The notes under the pieces were generated by a model. The model was given only the letters and a program-made list of their open reading frames with translations. It was not told the origin of the DNA and searched no databases. A DNA stretch of 64,000 nucleotides from Convolutriloba macropyga (taxonomy: Eukaryota): positions 40,548,001 through 40,612,000 of the forward strand of contig NC_134473.1 in NCBI RefSeq assembly GCF_964194025.1, in the 5' to 3' direction. Made by a program: the position numbers and the translations under genes. Numbering within the stretch: position 1 is the first letter of the stretch; every line of letters starts with the position of its first letter. Positions 11,860 through 25,238 of this stretch are shown piece after piece.

Positions 11860-14800
11860 ACTTCCAGTAAGTTTTTGCAGCATGGCTGAAAAAGCATTTT
11901 TGGTCCCATTTTTGACGAAAGTCTGAATTTTGAAAAATTTAGAATAAATTCTAGTAAAAAAACTGCAACATTTCGGCAACCCTCCTCTATCGTTAAAGAT
12001 AAAAATAAACAACACTACTGTTAACAATTTACAATTTAGCATATTTTAGCAAAATTGACGAAAATTTGGTCAAAAATCTGAATAAATACAACGCTGTATT
12101 TTGATGCCAAAAAGCTAATTTGGTAAATTGAAGAAGTTGATCGTTGAATAAATATGTCGATTCCCCTTTCTTGATGATTGCTAGTATTTCTGCGTCGCTT
12201 CTGCTCTGTAACATTTTTAAGGGCCAAATGTGACTTCTGATTGGCCAATATGATCAAACCGATGCTGCATTTGAAGCACTCTTCTGATGCTATTGCTTCA
12301 CTGATCTTCACATCAACAAATATCAAATGATGCCGTACCCAATGTCTATACGCATACCGCAGCCCCTACTTTGATTAAAACACTTGAACCTTACAATGCA
12401 CTCTAAACTTCAAAACAATGTCGATCATCTCTGAGATTTCTACTTATTATTATCTTTGACTGAAAAATCAAACGTAAACAAATTTGTATCCTTTGGAATG
12501 AAATGATAATGTTCGTGCTAGTTTCTAAACTGTTGTTTTCTTGTTAATTGTGTACCAATAATATGAGTGAGTCTATTTCTACAATAAAATACCCCTATCT
12601 GTATGTCATTTAATTTTCCCACAAGTTTAATTTAACCAAAGCCAACTAATTTTTACTCTGAAGATATGTACCGACTTTAATGTATTCCTCTAATAAAACT
12701 TACAAACTACAAAGTCATTCAATTATAAATTTTGTCCCTATATCTTTACTTTCCTTTTTTGCAATAAGAATTTTGCATCCCTTAGTACATTGCTGACATC
12801 GTTCTCATTAGAATATGCAGCCCACTAATTGAGTTTAGCGTTCCTCTTCTGTTCGTTGGTTTCTTCAATTGCTTTCTTCGTATTTTCCGTCAAGTCAAGG
12901 AAAATCTCCCCTCTCTTTGGGTGAATCCAGAAGAATCAATTAACAAAAAAGTCCCCTCTCATTGGATGACAATTTGTTCAACTTTTTAATATCTACCCAG
13001 TTTTTAGTCGAGCTATTATGATTGTTTTTAGTCTAGCTGTCACCCTCTTTTTTGGCGGCAAAAGATGAAGGTGGCTTCTGGTGAAACTAACAGTAATTAA
13101 CCAAGAATGGGCCATCTTCGCGAACTTGATTGATCGCGTTTGGAACCTCGTATCCAATATACAAAAGTTTGATGCATTCAGGATACCAAAGAAGATCTTG
13201 TTTTGGCCCAGCTCATATTTTGACGGCAATTCTTCTAGATATTCAAAAAAATTGTGCTTTCTCGTTTCATAAAGCCGTCAACGGTAAACACAGGTGGAGC
13301 AAACGAGATTAGCTTCTCCTGATATGCTTCAAATGATTTTTTTCTGTACTCATCGGCGCAGCTCTCAAATGCGTCTACAGTGTTTCTGTTGTAGAAAAGT
13401 TTAACCTCAGTGTCAGAGACACGGACATCAAAATAGACAGTTTCCTGAGGGCTCTACAATCCCCTAAGTATAAATTTCTCCATCTGCTCCCAGAATATTT
13501 CAAGTAAGTGCGCTGAAAAAAGTGTTTTTGGTCCCTTTTTTGACAAAAAAATTTTGAATTTTGAAAAATTAGAATAAATTTTAACCAATAAACTCGCATC
13601 GAACCATTCGGCAACCCTACTCTATCGTTAAAGATAAAACAAATAACAATTTTATTAACACTTCATAATATAGCATATTTTAGCAAAAGTGACGAAAATT
13701 TGGCCGAAAATACGGAAATTGTGAAAATTTACAACGCTGGATTCTGATGTCAAAAAGCTAATTTGGTCAACTGAAGAAATTGATCATTGAATAAAAAAAG
13801 TCGCTTGCCTTTTTTGATGGTTGCTAGTGTATCTGCGTCGCTGCTGCTCTGCAACATTTTTAAGGGCCAAATTTGACTTCTGATTGGAGGCAGTCAACAT
13901 GATCAAACGGATGCTGCATTTGAAGCACGCTTCACCAATTTTCAGACCAACAAATCTCCAAGAATGCCATACCCTACATCTATATACTGAGTAATCAATA
14001 TCTATATAAATATTGTTTATCATCTCTGAGGTTACTACCTAATATTATCTCTGACTAAAAAATCAAACTTAAAAAATTGTACCTTTTTGGAATTAAAAAA
14101 ATTTTTTCTTACTGGTTTCTGAACTATTGTTTTCTTGTTAAATATAAACCAATGATATGAGTGAGTTCATTTCTATAATAAAATACCACTTAATTTTCCC
14201 AGAAGTTTAACTTATCCACAATCGATCAATTTTCACTCTAAAGCAGATTTGAAATACTAGAGTGGGTTAAATATGTACTCAATTTCACAGCAATTCTAAG
14301 CCTTTAATAAAACGAACAATCTACAAAGTCATTCAATTATCAATTTTGTCACTATATCTTTACTTTCGTTTTTTTTGCAATACGGATTTTGTAATTAGAA
14401 TATACAGCCCACTAATTGAGTTTATCGTTCGTCTTCTGTTCGTTAATATCTTCAAATGCTTTTTTCATATTTTCTGTCATCTCGAGGAACAACTCCTCTC
14501 TAATTAGCGGAGTCGAGAAACAAGAAAACTCAACTAACAAAAAATTCCCCTCTCATTGGATGACAATTTGTTAAATTTGTTTATAACTCCCAAGTTTTTA
14601 GTCGAGCTAATATGATTATTGGAGCTATCACCCTCTCTTTCGGTGGTAATAGAAGGAGGTGGCTTCTGATGAATTTAACAGTCGTTCACAACGAACGCGC
14701 CATCTTCGAACTTGCATGCTCGTGTTTGGCACATTTTACCCAATATACAACGGATTGATGCATTCAGGACGGCAAAAAAAAAGATCTTGTTTTGGCCTGG

Positions 14801-15090
14801 TTCATAACTGTGGCATAAAATTATTCCCACTTTGAAGGCAATTTATCAACTAGATTTTTCAAGAAAATTGTGCTTTTTCGTTTCATAAAGCCGTCAACGG
14901 TAAACACAGGTGGAGCAAACGAGATACGCTTCTGATATTCCTCAAATGATATTTTTTCTGTACTCATTGGTGCAGCTCTCAAATACGTCTACAGGGTTTC
15001 TGTTGCAGAACAATTTTGCCTCAGTGTCATTGACACGGATATCAAATGCGGCAGCTTCCTGAGGGCTCCATACTCCCCTAACTAATAGAT
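11860..15090. repeat. Older, diverged tandem duplication, ~1.62-kb unit
   Basis: Matching blocks at ~11890/13518 and ~13270/14887 (aaagccgtcaacggtaaacacaggtggagcaaacgagat), with many substitutions and indels. Confidence 0.85.
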
Positions 15091-15330
15091 TGGTTGTTAG
15101 AGCTGGCTTATTCTCTGATTTTTCTCGGTTGACTGGTTCTTTTTGTATGTACTTCCACGCCATGCCAACCAAATCCTTTCACACATCTGTTATTTCGTTA
15201 TGTCTTTCATCAATGAAGCCACCTTTTTTGGCAGAGGAGGGCATGCTGAATAATGTAATATTTGCCACGTCCATCTCATGGATTGGAAACATATTATACT
15301 TGGAGCCCTTAGCGTTGAGCGATGACATTG
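14690..15330 (-). mobile_element. Degenerate 3' end of a CRE-like non-LTR retrotransposon (Zn knuckle plus restriction-like endonuclease); partial second copy ~13080-13470
   Basis: Fragments KKGGFIDERHNEITD, LLVRGVWSPQEAAAFDIRVNDTEAK and PPVFTVDGF match the RHN / D-x-RV-x-D-x-DA / F-x-P-x-V-x-S/T-x-DG pattern of RLE elements; broken by stops and frameshifts. Confidence 0.75.
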
Positions 15331-18300
15331 AAAATCTTGTGTTTGGACCAACAAATATTATCTGTTTCAGAAATTTCCTTTCAACCAGCACGAATCACCA
15401 ATTTGGAAGTTTCTTTGCGTCCGCCTTTCCTCAGCTTTGGTCAACTGCTCTGACTATTGAAGGTGTAGCTGACATTTATCTGCCTCAATTGTTTGCGTAT
15501 CATGTTTTAACCAAACAGTCAATTTGTATTTTTAAGTTTTTTAAAATCTAATCTTTATTAAACTTAGTTTCCTTGTATCAAGCGATTGACTTCAATTTGA
15601 AAGTTAAAATTCATTTCGACTTGTCGTTGATAAGAATTTCTTTTAATGAAAGAGTTGGCTTAAAAAAATTATTTTTCGAAATCCTTAATAAACAAGGAAA
15701 TACCTCGTTTTCCTCGCTATTGTTTTAATGCGGAAGCCAAGTTATCTTTTTCACTGTCTATAAATTTGTACATCTTCTGCTGGTTTTTCTAAAATTTTCC
15801 AAACATCGCTTTTATCTTTGATTGCTGTGGTGATTCCTTTGTCTGTTTAGCAATTTTGTTAAGATGGCAGATTGCTTTTTTGCTGTTTGTTTAGTTTTTG
15901 AATGCGTTTTTTGGCTTGAAATTTGATTTCAGGCGGGGGGGGGGGGGTTGATTCTTGGTATTTATCTTTACCTTAGGCTTGCCTTCGCATTGATCTTTTT
16001 GGTTGTGTGGTGCGTTTGAGTATGGGACAAAAACCGTGATGACACCAAGTGTAGGAGAGGAGATAAATTTTAAAAAATCATTTTTTTCCAAACATGTAAA
16101 TTAATAATATAACCGAAAGGTTAATGTTTACATGCCTTCAGAATAATCACGAATATTTATTGAAATAATCAAAATTATACATCAAACTTCTGGTTATTAA
16201 TTGATGTTACCCATTAAGCTGTTCGTTCTACTATATAAAAAAATAAGACAAGAATGATCCTAACTGTCTATCTATTGCAAAATTTTCATGCTGACGTTGC
16301 AAAAGCTCTGTTAAAATTCTTTTGAAAAGAATTTTGTTCTCAGTCGCTCTTACGTTAGAGGGTAACTTATTCCATTTTTGTATGCTCTTTCAATTGTAGT
16401 TAATCTTTTCTTTTTAATTGTAGTTTTGCGTCTTTGTATTATGGATTTTGAAGTAGCCCTGGAAGTACCATATACACATTACTGCTGTGATTAGACGTAA
16501 TCTAACCATTCTAATTAGCTTTAACACTGACAGTATTGTTGGTAGCGTTTTTGTTTTCATTAAAATCTTTGCACGTGGTTCATTTTGTACAATATTACTG
16601 GGTTTCAATTTGCCCCTTAATTTTTTTTGCAACAGTTCACAACTTTTGCGAGATTTTCGTAACAAATCTTCTTTGGCCACCTTTAAAATTGATCTGTTAC
16701 TGATTTTTTTTTACATAGAAATCAAGGATTTTTTCCATTTGTTCCCCCCACCTAAGTGGGTGCGTATTATTTGCACCCCGCAAACGCACGTGCCATAATT
16801 TCATAATTTTACATAATTATTTAACTTGTAACGGGGGGGGGGGGGGGGTTGGGGGCACAAATGGAAAAGATCCGAAATCAATATTTTGATTTAATTTTCT
16901 GTTAAAGTTGTTAGTTTTCTTCATTATTGCACGTGCTTCTGTCGGCCATTTTTTTCAGGACCAACACTTATGCTTATTGGCTGTATGAGAATAAAATGAG
17001 AATAAGATCTCATGACAGTTTTTGATCTCAAATGAGCATTATAGTTGCTCCTTATAGGCATATAGTTTGCAAAAGACAGAAACTATTGAAACCTTCACAA
17101 TGAAAAGACTGATAAATTGAAAAAAAGAATGGTAAATGTGACTATTTGATGTTTTCATGATCATGATCAACCGATGGAGCTCACCCTGCCACACAGCTAG
17201 CAACACTAGTTTGGCCAAGATGCTGTCAGTTTTTGAATGGATTAAATATAGTGAAATTAAACGAAACAGCCTCCAATTAATACATGGTGGCAGTGAGAAT
17301 GAACAATTTCCACTATCCAACTCCATTTTCACCAAAACATCTATAATAAATTGGTTATGCTTATCAGGTTTGCTCTGATGGTCACCGCTGTGAAGACCCC
17401 GGAAAATATAAAAATGACATTTGATGAGTATGGCATTTGATGAGCCAGAGTTTGTGGTAGTTGTCGTCCAGCAGTGAAAATCAACTGGAGTAACTGATAG
17501 GAAGAGATAGTGTCTATTAATCTCTATTAGATGTTATATATAAATTGTCATTTTTAATTTCAATTGGAGTAGCATTTTAATACTATTAGAAGCAGTTGTC
17601 TTTTATTTAATTCCTATTCTCATTATTATCCCATCAAACTTGTTCACGCGTTGTGTAGGAGCCAAGAAGTATGATCAAGATTTCTTTGGTTTTTCGGCAG
17701 TTTGTCATTTGTCGCAGCTGTGAAGCCAGACTGCACTAGTCTGAAATCTTGCTGCGTCAGAACAACAGAAATATCTTTTATCTATTTTCTGCCACAAACA
17801 AAAGATACACGCTTCATGTTGACATCTTTTCAAAAATCGTGGAAGAAAAAGTTCTTTCCCACTTGGTGTTAGCGCGCTAGTAACTTTAACTAGCTTTGAT
17901 ATATTTGATTAGTATTGTACTGACTTTCTTCAGTACTGGCTGAGTTGAACTTACATCTATACTAAGTTTATTGGATTACTTAACGTTTTTAGCTTATCCG
18001 GCATACTAAAAGTTGGTTCTGATCTTAATTCAACATTGAGCAAACAAACTTTGCTTTTAGCTACTTAATTTTAGCTGTTTAATTAGAACAAGTTAACGGA
18101 ATAGTGTTTTAACAAAACTCAGCCGTCAAATAGGATCCCGACGGCTGATCCCGGAGATCCATCCAGAATACTTGACCGTTCCTGTTTTCCCGGTATGGTC
18201 CCTAGAGGCGTTCCCGGGAATCCTACCGGGAATTATTCCTTTTCCTTTTTTCCCTCTCTCTCGACTCATTTATTTCCTGTTTTTTGTCAGGAAATGCGAG

Positions 18301-21300
18301 ATCTTACTCTATATACATTTTCCTGGCTACATTCTCAGTAAGATCTCCCGATCTGTGCCGTAACCTTCCCAGATCTAAGTGGTGAAATAACCTGGATCTG
18401 AATGAGATTTCAGGGAATTGCTAATTGATTTTCTATCTAGAAACATCATTCTAATCGAAATATATCACTTGCACAATTATTTTGTAGTTCAAAAAATCTT
18501 CAAGAAAAATTCCAAATGGTCAAAAAAATTCATTTGAGGTTGAAATCTTTTTAAATGATAAAAAACCGTGGTAGACTTTGACACTCCCTGACACAACAGC
18601 ATCATTCAATGCGGTGTTCTTTTAGGTCCAAAACGCTGAATGCGCTTACTACAGAGAATACAAATGCAAATATAAACGCTGGATACAGTGTCTTTTTTCT
18701 AAGTTAATTGAGACCTCCAGTAAAAGGGACTGGTTTGTCTGCGACTACAATACAGTTTAGAACTATATTGATTTGCTTGGAGAAGCACCTGTGTGTTTGG
18801 AGTTTTTTCGAATATAAAAAAAATCGGTTATTGATAAGTTGACGGAGTTTCACAGATTTACTTGAATTCTATAGTTAATTTTTGATAACATTTTTTAAGA
18901 TACGAATCAAGAGCAGTTCCATTGCATCTGTACTCAAATTTATTATCACAGATTGTTCATTCAACCGCTACGAGTGCAAATAGTACGACTGACAGCAAAG
19001 TGCGACAATAACTCTGATTAATTTCTCAAAAAACTGTCAGAAAAGTTTCAGGGAAAATTTGTACCATCATGAATTGACTGTGGTTTGACACTACAAAAAT
19101 AAAAAAGATTTTTTCAATTTAACGAATAAAAACATACTTTGGTTGAATGAATATCTAACTCACACTTTCTGCGCTCTACACAAAAGCTATTAGCACCAAG
19201 GTTGCCAAACAAATTGTAAAAAGATATGTAAAAAATCCGTTCTAGTTATGCATTACGCAATAAATTAATGAAGTTCTTAAGGAAAGAAGAAAAACATACG
19301 GTATTATTTTTGTTGACTGAAAATACAATCGACCATTAGTTCTCCATAGCTAATACAAAATTATCTACTGATTTTTTGTGCACTGTTTGAAAAGAAAACC
19401 AGCTTTAATCAGATTTTACTCACAAATCTTTTTTGGGACTAGATTTTCATCTTACAAAATTGTATGAAATACTTGCACACTCTAGAGAGGTATGTTTTTA
19501 AGTAAAATTATTTTGCTTGATTATCTTATATTCAGACATATTTCAGAATCAAGATTTACTTTAAAGCCTAAATATGTGTTTCGAAGCAAAAAGTGATTTT
19601 TAGTCTTCTACCCTAATCCCTGCGAGAAAATCCAAAAACAGCGCCACAAAATAGAAAATATTTTTGTCAGATTTCAAAATCAATCTAACAGCAAAAAAAG
19701 CGACTCTAGAAACAAGCTTTTCTATTGGTTTCAAAAACTCAAATATGGGATTTTTTGCAAAAAAGAAGAATTTAGCAATGGAGAGAAAGATAGAAAAACG
19801 GTAAAAATTGAAACTATGACGGCAAATTGGGGGCATTAATAGATAACTCTCTTATTGGAACAAAAAATTGATTAAGAATAAAGAATACTCTGTTTTTTGG
19901 AAAGTTTTATTCTGAAAACGGCAAAACACAATTTTTTTTGGTTCTAATATGCAAATTGTTTTTTTTAAAGTAAGGCTATTCTATGTTTCTAAGGCTTGTT
20001 TCTCAACACGATCGAAAAATTGAATGGCAACTTAACTGGAAGACTATTTTGTTTTCCTACTCTGTAATTTCAATTCAAACTTGCGAACGCTTAACTTTTT
20101 CAGAACTTATTTTCTTTTTATTTCAAGAACAAGACAAAAACTTCCTGCAGCCAACTCTAAATTGATACTGTATGCTGGTGGTGAAGTCGAATTGTTGATA
20201 AAATCAAATTTTTCATGGTTGAATTTCTGGTTATATTTGATTTGCTACCCGTGGCCAATTATTTGTTTCTTGTTCGAGAGTTTTGTTCAAGCAATATTTG
20301 CGAGTATCACATGCGTTAAAAATTACTTTATCTGCAACTCTAGAATTTTGTGTTTCAGCTTTTTCTTCTAAAAGCCAATTTGTTGTTAAAACCAGAAAGT
20401 TTTCTCATTAAAATCAATTTCTCAGTTAGAGTCGATTGTAAGAAGTTCAAACGTTAAAGCTGATCAACATTTACGTTCGATACAGAATGTATTTCATCAT
20501 GGCACGACTTTTTGAAAAAATGCAAAGAAATAGTCTTCATTGCTGTTGATATGTTTAATCTTTTGGTATGTTTTTAATAAAATTTGCACATTTTTCTGAA
20601 ATACTTCAAGACTTTTCCTAAAGGTTTAATTTTTCAATTATTTTCTGTCCTGCTTCTGAAATGGTCTTTTTATACCTGGTTTGATTTCTACCTGGTAGTC
20701 ATTTTTGGCATCTAAATGTTTTTGTCAAGATAAAGTCTTCAAACGACAGCGGGAAAAGTCACGGGAAAATTGTTATCTGGAAATGAAATGCTTGTTTCCA
20801 AATTCTATTAAAGTACTTAATCGAAAACTATCAGACTTGCTGAAAATTAAAGCTCAACAAACAGTTGATCCAAAAGTTGTGCAAAATTGTTTTGCTCCAG
20901 TTTTTTTGGCATTGTTTTTGGTAATGTTTTTGGTTAGACACAGTAATGGTTTTCTATTGACTTTAGCAACTGGAGGGGTAATTATGTTGATCTACAGTTT
21001 TATCTGCGGTGCGTGTGTAAAACATTAAATATCTCAGCTGAAAAACGGCTAGCCTTGGTGAGAATCTGTTTTAAAATAGTAAAGAACTTTTTTGCTATTT
21101 TTTTCAAAGTGAGAACTTTGCATTTATTTGAGGCATTGCGAAAAGGCTTTCAAGCTTCTTTTTTGAAGTGCTTCCCTAAAGCAGGAAATAAATATCATTC
21201 AATGTTATATTTGTTTCCGATGAGTTAATTCAGTTTTTAGGATTGGTCGATTTTTCAGCAAGAGTTGGATCCGTTTGGTTTAGTTCTGAAGTCCCAGCAA

Positions 21301-21495
21301 TGAAAAAAAAGTATGTGCAACGAAACGTTACTAGCAGCCTTTGGTTGTAGCGAGAATTGCTCGTTTTGTTTGACTGTCAATTTTTGTTTTCTGCGGTGCT
21401 GTTAGTTGAGGAAACAATGAAATATATTGATTGATTTTTTGTTGTAGGTTAGACATTTGACTTAGTGGAAACGCTCTTTCTGAATTACAGAGGTA

Positions 21496-21624
21496 AGTAG
21501 TATATAATACCTACGTAAAGAAAGGGGGGGGGTTATCATTCGACTCTTAACCATAGGATAATAGGTAGTGGCGGTTAAGTGGGAATAGGCTAGGCGGGAT
21601 AAAATCTTTCCGCCTGCTGTTTAT
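21496..21624 (+). repeat. Left terminal inverted repeat of the Polinton
   Basis: Reverse complement of 38083-38208; differs by G-run length (9 vs 7), one substitution and one indel. Confidence 0.95.
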
Positions 21625-21776
21625 TGCCGTTTGGATTGTTCTATTCCGCCGTTCTTGCTAGTTCTTTCTGATCGTTTGAATTTAACGCTACATGTAAAAA
21701 GTAGTCTCATTACACTAATAGAGGGGAGGGGCTTATTATGTGATATTTAGACGTGTGATTAAGTGGTTTTGGTCAG

Positions 21777-22238
21777 TTGTTAGCAAAAATTGATCATTAT
21801 TGGGAGAATGTGTGCATAGATCAAGTGGCAACTATAGCAACGCTTGATTTGAAAAGTATTCATGAAACTTACAAGGAAATCGAAAAAGAATATTCACAAT
21901 ACGGTAAACGATTTTTATACTTTTTAGCCACTTGTTTGCATTTGGATCCGGATCTTGATTTGGATATTGCGTTGAAGTTGCGGCCGTACGGAGGTTTGAT
22001 TGGTATTGATAATTCTTCGTTAGACAAATATTTCAAAAATTTAAAAATTTTGAGATTACATGCCATACTCCACGACGCTTCCGGTTTTGTTTATGAATAT
22101 AGTGAAAAGGGTCCAGGCTATTCTTACGTATTACCCTGTTCAGTGACAAATGAGTACCTTGGTCATGTGACTGGAATTGCTTTTTGTTTATACGTAAAAT
22201 CTTTCAAAAATAGTTTATTCAATTTGCTGGAATGTTGA
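21777..22238 (+). CDS. Polinton protein with HAxxHD motif (possibly PLA2-like); no ATG, possibly a second exon
   Basis: RLHAILHDASG...GPGYSY. The ORF begins right after ttttggtcAG. Confidence 0.55.
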   Translation: MLAKIDHYWENVCIDQVATIATLDLKSIHETYKEIEKEYSQYGKRFLYFLATCLHLDPDLDLDIALKLRPYGGLIGIDNSSLDKYFKNLKILRLHAILHDASGFVYEYSEKGPGYSYVLPCSVTNEYLGHVTGIAFCLYVKSFKNSLFNLLEC

Positions 22239-22816
22239 AATCCGGAGTGGTTGTTCTTGATTTTGAAGGCTTTCGAAGTAAAAAATCTGGATTTATAATA
22301 AAGGAACTTGCGGTATCTACCGAAAATTACAACGATATAATTTCGTTTTTACCTCCAAAATCATTTAACATACTTTGTTCGAGTGAGCAAAGATCTTTCC
22401 TGTGGGTATCTAAATTCCTTCATGGTCTCTCGTGGGAGACAGGAGAGTACCCTTATCATTATTTGCAACAGATTTTTCAAAGTATAGTTCTTCGATTTCC
22501 CTTTTCTGATTTTTACGCAAAAGGATTAGAAAAAACGGAAACTTTACGACAGCTGTTACAGAGGAACGTTATCAACTTGGAAAATTTGTTCTGCCCAAAA
22601 ATTGAACACTTGAAGTTGTATCGGGAGACACCGGTTTGTAAATTACATGCATTGAGTTGCCCAAAACGACAGAGGACCAAGCATTGTGCCAATAAGAAGG
22701 CAAAACTCTTTTACCAGTGGCTGACGAATGAATCGTCGGTTAGAGAAACCAGCTCCGTCTCTACTACAAGTGAATTTGTCTCCAAATTTGACAGTTTACA
22801 GTTGCATAACGCCTGA
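22232..22816 (+). CDS. DEDD-family 3'-5' exonuclease-like protein
   Basis: Exo I-like VVVLDFEGF...IIKELAV, HGLSW, YAKG, late HCA motif. Confidence 0.75.
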   Translation: MLKSGVVVLDFEGFRSKKSGFIIKELAVSTENYNDIISFLPPKSFNILCSSEQRSFLWVSKFLHGLSWETGEYPYHYLQQIFQSIVLRFPFSDFYAKGLEKTETLRQLLQRNVINLENLFCPKIEHLKLYRETPVCKLHALSCPKRQRTKHCANKKAKLFYQWLTNESSVRETSSVSTTSEFVSKFDSLQLHNA

Positions 22817-23057
22817 AAATCAGTTAACGGTTACTCTTATCAAGGAAGAAAAAATTGACACAAGAGGCCAAACAGTTTTGAGAAAACAGCAGATTGTGTG
22901 TGCTGGTGCTGAAATAGAAGCTTTCAAGAAGTATCTTCATCTACTGGAGTACTTTCAATTGTACCATGTCTTTACAAGAGAAAATGAAAAGGTTGAAACT
23001 AACCCCTTTACCTACGCCCAAGCGTGCAGTACCAGTTCTGATGTCTCTGGACGATGA
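22728..23057 (+). CDS. Hypothetical Polinton protein
   Basis: ATG-initiated ORF overlapping its neighbours in the dense gene array. Confidence 0.5.
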   Translation: MNRRLEKPAPSLLQVNLSPNLTVYSCITPENQLTVTLIKEEKIDTRGQTVLRKQQIVCAGAEIEAFKKYLHLLEYFQLYHVFTRENEKVETNPFTYAQACSTSSDVSGR

Positions 23058-23220
23058 GACTCTTCCCGATGACATCAAGCAGCTGATTAAAGAGAACAAT
23101 GTAGAGTCAATTGTTTTTAGAGATAAACAAGATTCGATGAATGCAAACTATACAATCACTTACAAACAAGGAGACGAAGACTCTGGATATGTTTCTTATG
23201 AATTTTTTATAGTTAAATAA
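22966..23220 (+). CDS. Hypothetical Polinton protein
   Basis: ATG-initiated 84-aa ORF in the dense gene array. Confidence 0.5.
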   Translation: MSLQEKMKRLKLTPLPTPKRAVPVLMSLDDETLPDDIKQLIKENNVESIVFRDKQDSMNANYTITYKQGDEDSGYVSYEFFIVK

Positions 23221-23274
23221 TTATGTAAAAATTCCTGGAAAGCAATTCATTTTTTTGAACAATTTTATTTCACA

Positions 23275-23550
23275 ATGAGTCAAACCGAAGATCAATTAGA
23301 TTCGGGTGGAGGCATAACTGACTTGGTTTTTGACGCCGAGCACCAAGAAAGACAATCTTGGAGGTTTTGCAATTCGAGATTGCCTCGATCAGAGGTTGTA
23401 TACTTTACACAAATCATTATAATAATTTTTCTTATAACTGTATCTCTCACCAAGTTGGTTTTTTTCAGTCTTGACTGTGAAGATTCCACATTTTGGTTTT
23501 CACTTCTTTCTTGTACAGTTGGATACGCTCTTCCAAATCCAAAGTTATGA
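23275..23550 (+). CDS. Small two-TM membrane protein of Polintons
   Basis: Two hydrophobic helices ending WFSLLSCTVGYALPNPKL; stop overlaps the ATPase ATG (ATGA). Confidence 0.75.
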   Translation: MSQTEDQLDSGGGITDLVFDAEHQERQSWRFCNSRLPRSEVVYFTQIIIIIFLITVSLTKLVFFSLDCEDSTFWFSLLSCTVGYALPNPKL

Positions 23551-24278
23551 ATAAAGTTATTTCTACCAATGACCGGTTGTTCATGGCTGTTTGCGGGCCG
23601 TCTTGCTGCGGAAAAACTGAGCTCATTTTCAAAATGTTATTAGTTGGCACATTTTTCCCAGAGTTTCAAACAATTTATTATTTTTATCAGCATGATCAGC
23701 CAAAATTCTAATCGTTAGAGAAGAAACTGAACATACATTTTAAAAAATTCTCCAATTTTGAGCTCATTTCAGAGTTAGAGAACTGCCTTCTTGTGTTCGA
23801 TGATTCATGTGAAGAAATTTTTAATGACAAAGAATTTTCCAAATTAGCAACCGCGGGGCGACATAGAAACATCAGTGTAATTTATGTTAAACACAATTTG
23901 TTCCAGCAAAGCAGATGGTCCAGAACAATTGATCTAAACACAACACATATCATATTGTTCAAATCACCCCGTGACACACAACAGATTAGTTTTATTGGTC
24001 GACAGTTGAATAATGCACAATTTTTAAAAGAAAGCTATGAGCTCGCAACCAAAGAACCGTTTGGTCATTTATTGGTTGATTTGGATCCAAAAACATCAGA
24101 CGTCTTGCGCTACTGTTCAAATATTGTTCCTCCAGGACCATCAATTTTTTATCTGCCATCAGCTAAAGCCGTTATCACAAATTTGAGCGATGAGAGAGAA
24201 AGAAGTTTGTATGCTGGGGCGGCTGCTAGACATATCGGATACAAAACTAAAAGAGAAGATCGAGAGAGCTCCAAATAA
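23547..24278 (+). pseudogene. A32-like packaging ATPase with in-frame nonsense codon
   Basis: Walker A GPSCCGKT; TAA at 23709-23711 in the same frame as downstream LVFDDS and TAGRHRNISVIYVKHN. Confidence 0.9.
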
Positions 24279-24489
24279 ATTCATTAAATTCCTTTGCGAA
24301 TGTTTGCTCAACATTGTCAATGGTAATGTTCCAATAAGAAAAAGTGTTGTAGAAGGTTATGAAAAATCATTCAGAAAGCTATTGTCTAGACAAACAAGTT
24401 TGAAAGAAAAGAGGCAGATTTTTGCTAGAGAAACAGCTTTGGTCAAAATTGTTGGTTTCGCTTGTTATCGATATTTGACAAAATCATAA
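24211..24489 (+). CDS. Conserved small Polinton protein (CEC..N...GN.P motif)
   Basis: FIKFLCECLLNIVNGNVPI, a motif commonly seen in the ORF next to the Polinton ATPase. Confidence 0.7.
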   Translation: MLGRLLDISDTKLKEKIERAPNKFIKFLCECLLNIVNGNVPIRKSVVEGYEKSFRKLLSRQTSLKEKRQIFARETALVKIVGFACYRYLTKS

Positions 24490-25238
24490 TGCGCACCGAA
24501 GAATTCATTTTAATTCCAAAACGAATGTTTGCTTCACATCAACCGGTAAAAAAAGAAGTTTTGGACAATCCCCTTTATAAACAGAAAGCTGCACAGCTGT
24601 CTCTTTTGCAAAGAAACCAGTCCAACTCAATGGAAAAACTAGAGAAAGCATTTGAACCAGTTGAGACTGCAAACAAACTGATGATTGAAACAGCAGAAGA
24701 GGAGAAAACAAAACCCATGAACGAAGACAGCGAGATTGAACCGGTAGTGAAAAAACAAAGAAAAAGCGACGATTTCACCTCTATAATGATAGAGCTAGAA
24801 GTTATGAATAAAAACCAAATCAAAAGATCAAAAATCATACTTGACTTGATTAACCAATCTGAAACAGTCACCATAGAGTCGAACGACGTTCTTCACGTTA
24901 ATAAAGAAACACTGGGCATCAAAGCTTCAACATTTCTGTACAATCTACAGCAACCAACTAAAAAAATTGACATTGAAAAATACTCAAAAATTTTATTTGC
25001 TCTTAATATCTCACCTCATCTTGTTGCAAATACACATGCCAAGCAAATCTTGGAAGCCTGGTCTGAAAGTGAACAAGAATTTTTCCCAAGTAGAGAACAA
25101 CCCAGTCAACAAGAGTTCTCCTCTACTGGAGAACGACTCAGTGGCTCAAAACCAACCCGAAAAAAATATAAAGAAGAAACGGACCAAACGCCAGACAAAG
25201 AAGAGACCAGTCAGAAGATGTGGTCTTTCTTTTCCTGA
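24489..25238 (+). CDS. Hypothetical Polinton protein
   Basis: ATG overlaps the upstream stop (TAATG); 249-aa open frame. Confidence 0.7.
   Translation: MRTEEFILIPKRMFASHQPVKKEVLDNPLYKQKAAQLSLLQRNQSNSMEKLEKAFEPVETANKLMIETAEEEKTKPMNEDSEIEPVVKKQRKSDDFTSIMIELEVMNKNQIKRSKIILDLINQSETVTIESNDVLHVNKETLGIKASTFLYNLQQPTKKIDIEKYSKILFALNISPHLVANTHAKQILEAWSESEQEFFPSREQPSQQEFSSTGERLSGSKPTRKKYKEETDQTPDKEETSQKMWSFFS

Noticed and set aside
15600-21480. Many 60-110 aa ORFs
   Set aside because: No recognisable motifs, mostly non-ATG starts, composition typical of random AT-rich DNA.
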